This document shows positions 49,549 through 57,834 of a DNA stretch of 64,000 nucleotides, one piece after another (the first letter of the stretch is position 1; the number at the start of each line of letters is the position of its first letter). The stretch covers positions 15,351-79,350 of the forward strand of contig JAYZBC010000071.1 of assembly GCA_036339375.1 (NCBI GenBank), written 5' to 3'. Below the pieces are notes generated by a model. That model was not told the origin of the DNA. It worked only from the letters and a program-made list of their open reading frames with translations, and did no database searches. Source of the stretch: Pseudomonadota bacterium (lineage in GTDB: Bacteria; Pseudomonadota; Alphaproteobacteria; MPNO01; UBA2964). A program made the position numbers and the translations under genes.

Positions 49549-49870
49549 CTATTTACATAAAAAAGAAAAACACAAAATTTTCTTGGGGCTGTGCCTTTTT
49601 AACAACATATAACATTCCTAAACTCACTAAATTTCTGAATGCTAATTTACAGGCAGTCTTTTCGGTATAAAAATCTATAAATTAGTGTTTGTGCCAATAT
49701 TTTTAGTTTAATTAAAAAACCCAAAATTAATTTTGTGATTTATCATGCACTAAAGAATTTTAGGAAATGTTTTTTCTATACCGTTTTAGGAAATATCTAT
49801 GTTCAAAATTTCTATCACTTTTCAAAGTTTTTAGTAGGTTCATGATACAAAAAATTAGGAATTTGATTTT

Positions 49871-50854
49871 ATGCTTCTAAATTCAAAAAGAGAATGGGAA
49901 ATTAAAGCGGCGGATGTAACATCCGAAAGTGCCTTTAGGGAGCGACGTAATTTAGTCAAAATCATGGGTTTGGTCCCAATCTGTTATGTTGGTTTAATGG
50001 CAGGACACAAAAACTTTAAAAATGCGGCTGGTATGACAATTAATGATAGTTCTAAAAAGTTTTATCCAGCTCAACGAAATTCCCAGTATCATTTAGATAG
50101 GCCAATTAATTCAGAACTCCAAGCAACCACCTTTAATAATTTTTACGAGTTTGGTTCACATAAAAAAATAGCAAAAATCGCACAAAAACTAAAAATTAGA
50201 CCTTGGACGATTACTTTTGATGGAATGGTCGAAAAGAAAATAACAATTGAAATTGATAGTTTAATATCCAAAATGCAATTAGAGGAGAGGCTTTATCGTT
50301 TTCGGTGTGTTGAGGCTTGGTCAATGGCGGTTCCTTGGACAGGGTTTCCTATGGCTGACCTTATTAAATTTGCTAATCCATTAAAGGGCGCAAAATTTGT
50401 GTCAATGGAAACTTTTTATGATCCAGAAATAGCTCCTGGACAAAAGCAATTTTGGTATCCTTGGCCTTATCTTGAAGCTCTTACAATTGAGGAGGCAACG
50501 AACGAGCTGGCTTTAATTGGAACTGGTGTTTATGGAAAACCTTTACCCAAGCAAATGGGCTCCCCTTTAAGGTTAGTTGTGCCCTGGAAATATGGCTTTA
50601 AGTCCATAAAGTCTATTGTTCGCTTTACCTTTACTAATAAACGTCCAATAGGATTCTGGGAGAGAATACAAGGTACAGAATACGGGTTTTGGGCAAATGT
50701 AAATCCAAGGGTGGATCATCCCCGGTGGAGCCAAGCAAAAGAGGAAATCCTTGGCGCAGGGGGTAAAAAAGTAAAAACACTATTATACAATGGTTATGCA
50801 AAACAAGTTGCATATTTGTATGAAAAAATGCAGGGTGAACAGCTATTCCGATGA
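49871..50854 (+). CDS. msrP: protein-methionine-sulfoxide reductase catalytic subunit MsrP (YedY-type molybdoenzyme)
   Basis: The N-terminus aligns with E. coli MsrP (…ADVTSESAFRERRNLVK Tat-like RR). FYEFG, RCVEAWS and VPWKYGFKSIKSIV motifs. 327 aa. Confidence 0.8.
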   Translation: MLLNSKREWEIKAADVTSESAFRERRNLVKIMGLVPICYVGLMAGHKNFKNAAGMTINDSSKKFYPAQRNSQYHLDRPINSELQATTFNNFYEFGSHKKIAKIAQKLKIRPWTITFDGMVEKKITIEIDSLISKMQLEERLYRFRCVEAWSMAVPWTGFPMADLIKFANPLKGAKFVSMETFYDPEIAPGQKQFWYPWPYLEALTIEEATNELALIGTGVYGKPLPKQMGSPLRLVVPWKYGFKSIKSIVRFTFTNKRPIGFWERIQGTEYGFWANVNPRVDHPRWSQAKEEILGAGGKKVKTLLYNGYAKQVAYLYEKMQGEQLFR

Positions 50855-50863
50855 TTTTCTTTA

Positions 50864-50894
50864 AAAAAAAATGCCGGGCGTAAACGCCCGGCAA
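50864..50894 (-). terminator. strong intrinsic terminator on the minus strand
   Basis: The minus-strand transcript reads UGCCGGGCGuuuaCGCCCGGCA followed by U9: a 9 bp GC-rich stem plus U-tract. It lies ~300 nt downstream of the lysR-family stop. Confidence 0.6.
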
Positions 50895-51194
50895 GTCAAC
50901 AGGGAGGCTTCACGTCCTAAGGACGTTGGATCCTAAGACCCAATCCGGATGTTGCATCCGGAACTCTAACCCCAACGAAAAGTGCATTGGGTACGCCAAC
51001 AACTATCTTGAAATACTAATCAGCTGTTGGTACAGAGCTTAAGTTTCGTTTCCTTTAGGAAAACTAAACTTATAGATATTTTATAAGCTATTCATATTTG
51101 TAATACTATAAAGAAAAATTCAAACCAGGTATGCAGAAAATGCATATCTTAAAATGATAGTATCAATATGGAATATCCTTAAATTTATTATTAT

Positions 51195-52085
51195 TTAATC
51201 TCTATCTTCAGCTATCCTTTGAACCAGAAAGTCGCGAAATGCCGCAATTCGGCTTGAATTTCTCATTTCTTCTGGATAAACAAAAAAAACTTTGTGAATT
51301 GGCCCTTTAAGATTAGGCAAGACGGGGAGGAGCCCGCTTGTTAGGCCCACCATATAGTCCGGCAAACAGGCAATACCCATGCCACTTGCTGCGGCACGAT
51401 ACATGGCATAAATATTATTTACTCTTAAAACTGGGTGACGTTCCATACCCAAATCAAGGCCGGCTTCCAATAGCCAGTTTACATTTGTAAATGGGGGGTG
51501 GTAGGTCTCGTCATAGGCAATCAATTCGTGTTGTTCCAGATCAGAAAGGCTATTGGGCATACCATATTGTTCAATGTAACCGGGAGAAGCAAAAGCTCCG
51601 TGTTTGAGGTCAAACAAGGGCCGTTGAATTAAATCAGGTTGTTGCGGTGGAGCTAGCCTGAGGGCAACGTCTGCTTGCCTCATGCTGAGGTTAAGCTCAT
51701 CTTCCCGAACTATCAGCGATACGTCTATTTCCGGAAATTTTTCAACAAAATCTTTCAGTCTTTCAGTTAGCCACATTGAGCCGAAAGACACCGTTGTGGT
51801 AATTCGCAAAGGTCCACGGGGTCGTTCCATGCTTTCTGTAACAAGGGATTCGGCCGTGATAATTTTGCTGGCAACATCCTTTGAGGTGCGATATAGCGTT
51901 TCACCTTGCTCGGTTAACTTGAGGCCCCTGGCATGGCGATGAAATAAAGGGACCCCTAGGTTTTCCTCCAGGGCACTGATTTGCCGGCTAATTGAGGATT
52001 GCGATAGATGTAATCTTCTTCCAGCATGGGTAAAACTTCCAGCTTCTGAAACTGTATGAAAGATCCTAAGTTTGTCCCAGTCCAT
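51195..52085 (-). CDS. LysR-family transcriptional regulator
   Basis: N-terminal HTH FTHAGRRLHLSQSSISRQISALEENLG and a C-terminal substrate-binding domain. 296 aa. Confidence 0.8.
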   Translation of the reverse strand: MDWDKLRIFHTVSEAGSFTHAGRRLHLSQSSISRQISALEENLGVPLFHRHARGLKLTEQGETLYRTSKDVASKIITAESLVTESMERPRGPLRITTTVSFGSMWLTERLKDFVEKFPEIDVSLIVREDELNLSMRQADVALRLAPPQQPDLIQRPLFDLKHGAFASPGYIEQYGMPNSLSDLEQHELIAYDETYHPPFTNVNWLLEAGLDLGMERHPVLRVNNIYAMYRAAASGMGIACLPDYMVGLTSGLLPVLPNLKGPIHKVFFVYPEEMRNSSRIAAFRDFLVQRIAEDRD

Positions 52086-52141
52086 GATTCACTCACATTT
52101 TGCCCAGGTTTAAACCTTTACGGATAATCAAGTAGCTTTAT

Positions 52142-53104
52142 CTATTCATCCCTTATAGGTATAGCATTTTCACCGACAAATTGTTCAGCTTCTAACGCTG
52201 CCATGCATCCAGTACCAGCTGCAGTAACTGCCTGTCGAAAGGTTTTGTCCTGTACATCACCTGCCGCGAATACTCCCTCCACGTTTGTGGCTGTACTATC
52301 GGGTTTGGTACGAATATAACCTTCCTTATCCATGTTCAAGTGACCTTCAAACAATCTGGTCGCAGGATCATGACCAATTGCAACAAACAATCCATCAACG
52401 TTTAGTTTGAATTTTTTCTTTGTTTTTGTGTTTTGCAACCTCAATTTCGTTACGCTTAATGGTTCTGTCTTCCCTATAACTTCCACGATTACGGTGTCCC
52501 AAATTAATTCTATTTTTTTGTTTGAGAATAAACGTTTTTGCAGGATTTTTTCCGCCCTTAATTCATCACGACGGTGAATCAAAAACACTTTTTTTACATG
52601 TTTAGTAAGATAAATTGCTTCCTCAACTGCGGTGTTTCCTCCCCCTACGACTGCAACTTCTTTCTCTTTGTAAAAAAAACCGTCGCAAGTAGCGCAGGCA
52701 GAAACCCCAAATCCTTTGAATTGTTCCTCACTTTCAAGTCCCAACCATCGGGCTTGAGCTCCGGTAGCAATGATTACTGAAGCTGATATGTAACGGTTAC
52801 CTGAGTCTCCCGTGGATAGAAAAGGGCGTTTAGAAAAATCTACTTTTGTTATCAGGTCGTTGTGCAACTCAGTCCCAACACTGGCAGCCTGGGTTTTCAT
52901 TTGTTCCATCAACCAGGGCCCCTGAATAATGTCGGCAAATCCAGGGTAATTTTCGACATCTGTAGTAATGGTCATCTGTCCACCCATTTCTATCCCCGTA
53001 ACTAAGAGAGGATTTAAATTTGCACGAGCAGCATAAATGGCAGCAGTGTAACCAGCAGGGCCTGATCCAATTATAAGTGTTGAGGTATAAAATTTTTGAG
53101 ACAT
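52142..53104 (-). CDS. trxB: thioredoxin-disulfide reductase
   Basis: FAD GSGPAGYTAA, redox-active CATCDGFF, NADPH GGGNTAVEEA. 320 aa. Confidence 0.9.
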   Translation of the reverse strand: MSQKFYTSTLIIGSGPAGYTAAIYAARANLNPLLVTGIEMGGQMTITTDVENYPGFADIIQGPWLMEQMKTQAASVGTELHNDLITKVDFSKRPFLSTGDSGNRYISASVIIATGAQARWLGLESEEQFKGFGVSACATCDGFFYKEKEVAVVGGGNTAVEEAIYLTKHVKKVFLIHRRDELRAEKILQKRLFSNKKIELIWDTVIVEVIGKTEPLSVTKLRLQNTKTKKKFKLNVDGLFVAIGHDPATRLFEGHLNMDKEGYIRTKPDSTATNVEGVFAAGDVQDKTFRQAVTAAGTGCMAALEAEQFVGENAIPIRDE

Positions 53105-53119
53105 CCCGTTATCCCAACC

Positions 53120-55030
53120 TTAAAAGCCAAACAAATGATCAAAACTAAAGGCACCATTGTTTGAAAATAAACCGTGGTATCCAAAAAGTCTGCAGGTTTT
53201 ATCTCTAATCACAACATAAGATCCCCCATCTGTTAAATAGCGTTTTTTTGGATCGAAAGCAGTACTAAAGCGCCAAAGGTGCGATCCTCCACAGGGAATT
53301 TTAATTGTCTCTTCGGCTATTTTCTTTCCTGCACAATTATAAAGTGTAAATAGCGTGGTCGATGTGTCGTGCCATTGGGCAGACGCGGGATAAATGAGGT
53401 GACAAATAGTATCCAAAGGATGTCTCCCGAGACGAAGGAACAAACGAGTACTTAAACCAGGAGGTGGACCAGAGTATGACTGTGGTTCTCCTTTGTAGGT
53501 AAGAACGGTGTTAAACATATGTGCTCCAAAACTCGTTTCCGCTCTGTGTCCAGTTTTTTTATTTTCGTACCGAAAAATAGCATGAAGCCACCCATCAGCA
53601 TTGCCGCCATTGGAAAAATCGTAAATGAGTTCCAAATGTCCGAAGCTACTATTAAGGGCGGAATTACCCTCAAGGAGATCTTTCGTGTCAATTGCTGTTT
53701 TGTGGTCCCTAGAAAGGGAGCCGAATTTCTGATGGGCTATTTCTTCCCCCTTTTCATTTACTAATAATACTGCGATCGGTAAATCTTGCTGACATGTGGC
53801 CATCGGTGTAGGAAGTATCGTACTTCGCCATTTTTCAATTGGAAAAACGGGCGCAGGTAAAATAAATCCTTTATTTAAATGTTGGGTCAATTGAGGAATT
53901 GAAGGGTCAGAATTTAAATCATTTCGTTCAACATTTACGTGTGCAATTCGTCGGTTTTTTTGGGCGTTTGTAATCTCGTAACGTGGTCTCACAAAATGTT
54001 TACCGGCTTGTATTTCTATCTGCTCTGGCCATTTTGCATCGGGTAATATTTCTGACAAACTAACCTGAAGTGTTGCATACCCTGGAATCTCTTTTTTCAA
54101 TTTTGTAATGTTGGGTTTTCCCATTATGTTAAAACCGATTGCATTAGCTGAAATCGATTCTGCATGCGAATTCTGTACCCACAGCACTACCTTTTCACCT
54201 TTATTAGGTGCTGGTAGACCCGCATAAAGTTCCGAGGGCCATGAATTAGCATCATGAGTACATGAAATTTCCTTCCCGTTTTGATGCCATGTATCAAGGC
54301 AGTATTTTACAACGTCGTGACCCCGTATTCCAATGGCATGAATAAATAGCTGCCCGGTGAACTGTTTTAGCCCGAATTTTTGCCTGATAGTTTTACTATC
54401 AATTATCACTCCGATCGGTTTGTTATCTAAACATTCATCCCATTCCAATAAAATTTTTCCATCTTCTCCAAATAAAATCAGGTGTAGAAAAACGTCTTTT
54501 GCACCATAACCAAACCAATAATTAGCTGTTACTATTTGTGTCCTCATACCGTTTTGATCCCGGAAAAAGGCAAAATTCGTAGCAAAATTTATGGATTCCA
54601 AATAGACATCTTTGTTTGTCAAAAACCGGTTATCTAGTCGGATTTCATCAAAACTTAGTATTTTAATTTTATGAGGAATTAGATGCCGAAAAGCCCCAAT
54701 TTGTTCAGCCAAATCGTAAGTAGCTACAAAAAGGAAGTCTTCTTCGATCCCGATAATTTCTGATATTGGTCGTGCTAAACAGCCTGCAATTGATGATCCT
54801 ACACGCTCAATATCCGAAACAAAAGCTGAAGTGATTTTAAAAGACGATGTGTCATAAAGTTTTGAAAATTCAGAAAAAAATCCTAGAGGGTCATAGAGCG
54901 CAATTTTTCTGTTTGAACTAACGTTTTCAATTAATTTTTGGATTTTTGAAGCTGCCAGGGGGTGGCTTATCGCCTTGTAAAAGGAATTGCCTCCTTTAAA
55001 ATTGCTGAAAGTTTCAATTTCAATAGACAT
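53120..55030 (-). CDS. hypothetical 636 aa soluble protein (no recognisable motif), co-oriented 15 nt upstream of trxB
   Basis: Long uninterrupted ORF with ordinary composition and no predicted TM. Tightly spaced after the P4H-like gene (19 nt), which suggests an operon. Confidence 0.4.
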   Translation of the reverse strand: MSIEIETFSNFKGGNSFYKAISHPLAASKIQKLIENVSSNRKIALYDPLGFFSEFSKLYDTSSFKITSAFVSDIERVGSSIAGCLARPISEIIGIEEDFLFVATYDLAEQIGAFRHLIPHKIKILSFDEIRLDNRFLTNKDVYLESINFATNFAFFRDQNGMRTQIVTANYWFGYGAKDVFLHLILFGEDGKILLEWDECLDNKPIGVIIDSKTIRQKFGLKQFTGQLFIHAIGIRGHDVVKYCLDTWHQNGKEISCTHDANSWPSELYAGLPAPNKGEKVVLWVQNSHAESISANAIGFNIMGKPNITKLKKEIPGYATLQVSLSEILPDAKWPEQIEIQAGKHFVRPRYEITNAQKNRRIAHVNVERNDLNSDPSIPQLTQHLNKGFILPAPVFPIEKWRSTILPTPMATCQQDLPIAVLLVNEKGEEIAHQKFGSLSRDHKTAIDTKDLLEGNSALNSSFGHLELIYDFSNGGNADGWLHAIFRYENKKTGHRAETSFGAHMFNTVLTYKGEPQSYSGPPPGLSTRLFLRLGRHPLDTICHLIYPASAQWHDTSTTLFTLYNCAGKKIAEETIKIPCGGSHLWRFSTAFDPKKRYLTDGGSYVVIRDKTCRLFGYHGLFSNNGAFSFDHLFGF

Positions 55031-55049
55031 GAATTTAAGCGTTTTTCGG

Positions 55050-55676
55050 TTAAATTGAATAAAATACTGATTTCATCCAAGCAGATATTTTGTGTCGGCT
55101 TATTTCGAGAAAATTTGCTGCATGAGTCGAAACCCAATTCATTTGAATGACCCTTCTTTGGCCAGTAAAAGTCTTATGTCCATGAAATGATCGTTCATTA
55201 CGTTTAAAAGCTACTAACGTACCGGTCTGGGGTGTCACTTCTTCAGCAAAGTTTTCCAAAGAATTTCCTGATCGCAAAATTCTTAACTTGCCACCAGCTT
55301 GAGACCATTCCGGGTTCATATATAATAGAGCTGTAATAATTTTTGTTTTACTGTCATTATGAATTTTTCCGTCTTTTTCTTGGCAATGGCCACGAACTGT
55401 TATTGTTGTTGGTTTACCTTTTAAATCTGTATGAAATTTCTCTTCGAACGCTTGTCTAATTTCTGTACCTTTTAGTTCTTCAATTAAATCAGAAAATGCT
55501 TTTCCATAACTTAGTGTTTCTAGTGGGAAGCTGCCCGCTTTTTTGATTCGCGGGTAGTCCTTTTCTATTGCAGTTATGGCTGTTTTGTTCAAAAAATCAG
55601 GAACAATCAGATATTGGTAAGGATCAATCCGGAGTGGGGTTGATTTAAACTCGTCTATATTAATGGCTAACATCAT
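55050..55676 (-). CDS. 2OG-Fe(II) oxygenase, prolyl-4-hydroxylase-like (PF13640-type)
   Basis: HND (HxD)...ITALLYMNPEW..AGGKLRIL...PQTGTLVAFKRNERSFHGH...GQRRVIQMNW reproduces the P4H-type facial triad, GGxL, PxxGxLVxF and basic 2OG-binding residue pattern. 208 aa. Confidence 0.55.
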   Translation of the reverse strand: MMLAINIDEFKSTPLRIDPYQYLIVPDFLNKTAITAIEKDYPRIKKAGSFPLETLSYGKAFSDLIEELKGTEIRQAFEEKFHTDLKGKPTTITVRGHCQEKDGKIHNDSKTKIITALLYMNPEWSQAGGKLRILRSGNSLENFAEEVTPQTGTLVAFKRNERSFHGHKTFTGQRRVIQMNWVSTHAANFLEISRHKISAWMKSVFYSI

Positions 55677-55734
55677 ATGGCCCTAAAAATCGAATTATTA
55701 TTTCTATCTTTTTTAATAGTGTGACCTATAAAAT

Positions 55735-56703
55735 TCAATTATCAAATTTTTTCATTATTTTGCGTATCGCGTTTAGTATGATGTTAAAATCATCCGGTGG
55801 TGTATATTGCCAATTTTCGATTGTACCAACAAAACAACGAGTCATGTTTTTCTCTGAAATCTTCCTGTGGAACCGCATAAATTTTTTTGACCCACCCTTA
55901 AAATGATAAATATGAACCGGCTTTCCGGTTGCACATGCTTCTGAAATCATATTAATAGAATCACAAGTAACAACCAAAGCATCCGATAACGCTAAAATTC
56001 CATAATATGGGTTGGTTTCTATGCCGTTCCATATATACACGGGAAGGTCCGAAAGATTTTCACACAGTGTTCTAATGTTTTCTTTACCTGTCCTTCTAGA
56101 AGGGGTGATGATTAAACTTCCTTTTGTTTTTTCCAAAGCAATTTTGAGTAAATTGGAAAATCTATTTATTACACTCCGACTCATTTTGAAATTTTTATTA
56201 CTACCTCCTAGGAGGACTCCTATTAAAGGACGAGGCAAATCTTTAAATTTATCGGAAAATTTTTTGGCTTCTATTTCCAATTTTTCTGCTGTGACACGAT
56301 GAAGAGCACCGGTTGTTGAAATAATATTTTTTCCAAATATTCTGTCATGCTCAGGTGCTATGATTAGGTCAAAATTCCGGTGCGCAAAGGTAGGATTCTG
56401 AAGTTGTATAGTTATTGTTTCTGGGTTGGCTCTCTTTATTGCTAGGGCTAGGGCTACACTTTGGCGACCTGTTGAAACAAGAATGTCTGGCCAAGGTTCG
56501 GATAGTTGATCCCCTTTTCCACTAAGTGCGGAGAATGGGTTAATCCAAGCCCAAGGGGGAAGTTTTGACCATGGTAATTTTGGGACAATACGTTTTATGT
56601 TTGGCTTAAGTTGAATTGCCTCCGTGAGAGCCAAACATTGGCTTTCCATACCCTGCTTGCCATCCGTTAAAATCCAACTGGTTATTGAAATATTATTTCT
56701 CAT
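55735..56703 (-). CDS. ELM1/DUF1022-family protein (predicted GT-B-like nucleotide-sugar glycosyltransferase, COG3660)
   Basis: N-terminal WILTDGKQGMESQCLALTEAI matches the LSDGKAGHENQ..GLAEAL signature of bacterial ELM1-family proteins. 322 aa. Confidence 0.55.
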   Translation of the reverse strand: MRNNISITSWILTDGKQGMESQCLALTEAIQLKPNIKRIVPKLPWSKLPPWAWINPFSALSGKGDQLSEPWPDILVSTGRQSVALALAIKRANPETITIQLQNPTFAHRNFDLIIAPEHDRIFGKNIISTTGALHRVTAEKLEIEAKKFSDKFKDLPRPLIGVLLGGSNKNFKMSRSVINRFSNLLKIALEKTKGSLIITPSRRTGKENIRTLCENLSDLPVYIWNGIETNPYYGILALSDALVVTCDSINMISEACATGKPVHIYHFKGGSKKFMRFHRKISEKNMTRCFVGTIENWQYTPPDDFNIILNAIRKIMKKFDN

Positions 56704-56751
56704 CTTTATAATTTAATTCCAAAAACAACTTTAATAAATGAGGATCACATT

Positions 56752-57249
56752 ATGGCACGGGTCAAACTTGACCGCATTGATCTGAAAATTTTACAAGGCT
56801 TACAAGATAATGGCCGTATAACAAATGTTGAGCTTGCAAAACGCGCTGGCATTTCACCACCCCCTTGTTTGAGACGTGTGCGGACTTTGGAGCAAACTCA
56901 ATGTATTCGAGGCTATCACGCGGATGTTAACCCCGATTCTCTGGGGTTCGGCGTGATTGTTTTTGCACATGTCGGACTGCATAGTCAGGCTGAAACAGAC
57001 TTAATAGCATTTGAAAAATTGGTAGACAGCTGGTCGGAGGTACGAGAGTGCCATATGTTAGCCGGTGAAACGGATTTTTTGCTAAAAATTGTATCCACCG
57101 ATTGGGATTCCTATCAACAGTTTTTGACTAAGCGCCTTACAGCTGCCCCCAATGTGAGTGTGGTAAAATCGGCTCTTGCCATTCGTACAGCTACCCATAG
57201 ACCTGGAGTTCCTATCAATGTGGACAGAGACTATAAACCGATTAATTAG
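56752..57249 (+). CDS. Lrp/AsnC-family transcriptional regulator
   Basis: HTH_AsnC N-terminus (IDLKILQGLQDNGRITNVELAKRAGISPPPCLRRVRTLE) plus a RAM domain. Divergent from the ELM1-like gene (48 bp spacer). Confidence 0.85.
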   Translation: MARVKLDRIDLKILQGLQDNGRITNVELAKRAGISPPPCLRRVRTLEQTQCIRGYHADVNPDSLGFGVIVFAHVGLHSQAETDLIAFEKLVDSWSEVRECHMLAGETDFLLKIVSTDWDSYQQFLTKRLTAAPNVSVVKSALAIRTATHRPGVPINVDRDYKPIN

Positions 57250-57277
57250 GCTTTAGGAAATAATTTTCGTTTATTGG

Positions 57278-57751
57278 TTATTTGAACCCAACGCTAATTA
57301 TTTCGTATGCTTTGCTACCTTTTGGAGTAAGTACTTCAACGGAATCTCCGGTTGTTTTGCCAATCAATGCCCTAGCTAAGGGAGACATGACCGATAGGCG
57401 CCCTTCTTGTACATTTGCCTCGTCTTCCCCTACAATCTGGTAATTTAGTTTTTCATTAGTGTCTTCATCTGACAATTTCACGTTGGCACCAAATTTTATA
57501 AATTTGCCTGAAAGTTTTGTGACATCAATGATCTCCGCATGTGCAATTTTTCCTTCAATTTCTCCTACACGCCCTTCAATGAAGGCTTGACGTTCTTTAG
57601 CGGCTTGGTATTCAGCATTTTCGGAAAGGTCCCCATGTTCGCGAGCTGTTGCTATTGCTCTTATGACACTTGGTCTTTCAATTGTTTTAAGCCGTTTAAG
57701 TTCTTGTTCCAGTCGGTTGTATCCGTCTAAAGTCATAGGGACTTTTTCCAT
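57278..57751 (-). CDS. greA: transcription elongation factor GreA
   Basis: N-terminal coiled coil with the conserved acidic tip and a C-terminal FKBP-like domain. 157 aa. Confidence 0.9.
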   Translation of the reverse strand: MEKVPMTLDGYNRLEQELKRLKTIERPSVIRAIATAREHGDLSENAEYQAAKERQAFIEGRVGEIEGKIAHAEIIDVTKLSGKFIKFGANVKLSDEDTNEKLNYQIVGEDEANVQEGRLSVMSPLARALIGKTTGDSVEVLTPKGSKAYEIISVGFK

Positions 57752-57834
57752 CTTTCACCTCTGTTCTTTTTTCATACAAAAAATGGTGCCTCAGTCCACA
57801 TTTTTCTGCGAACTGCAAGTCCTTTAATTTAAAA

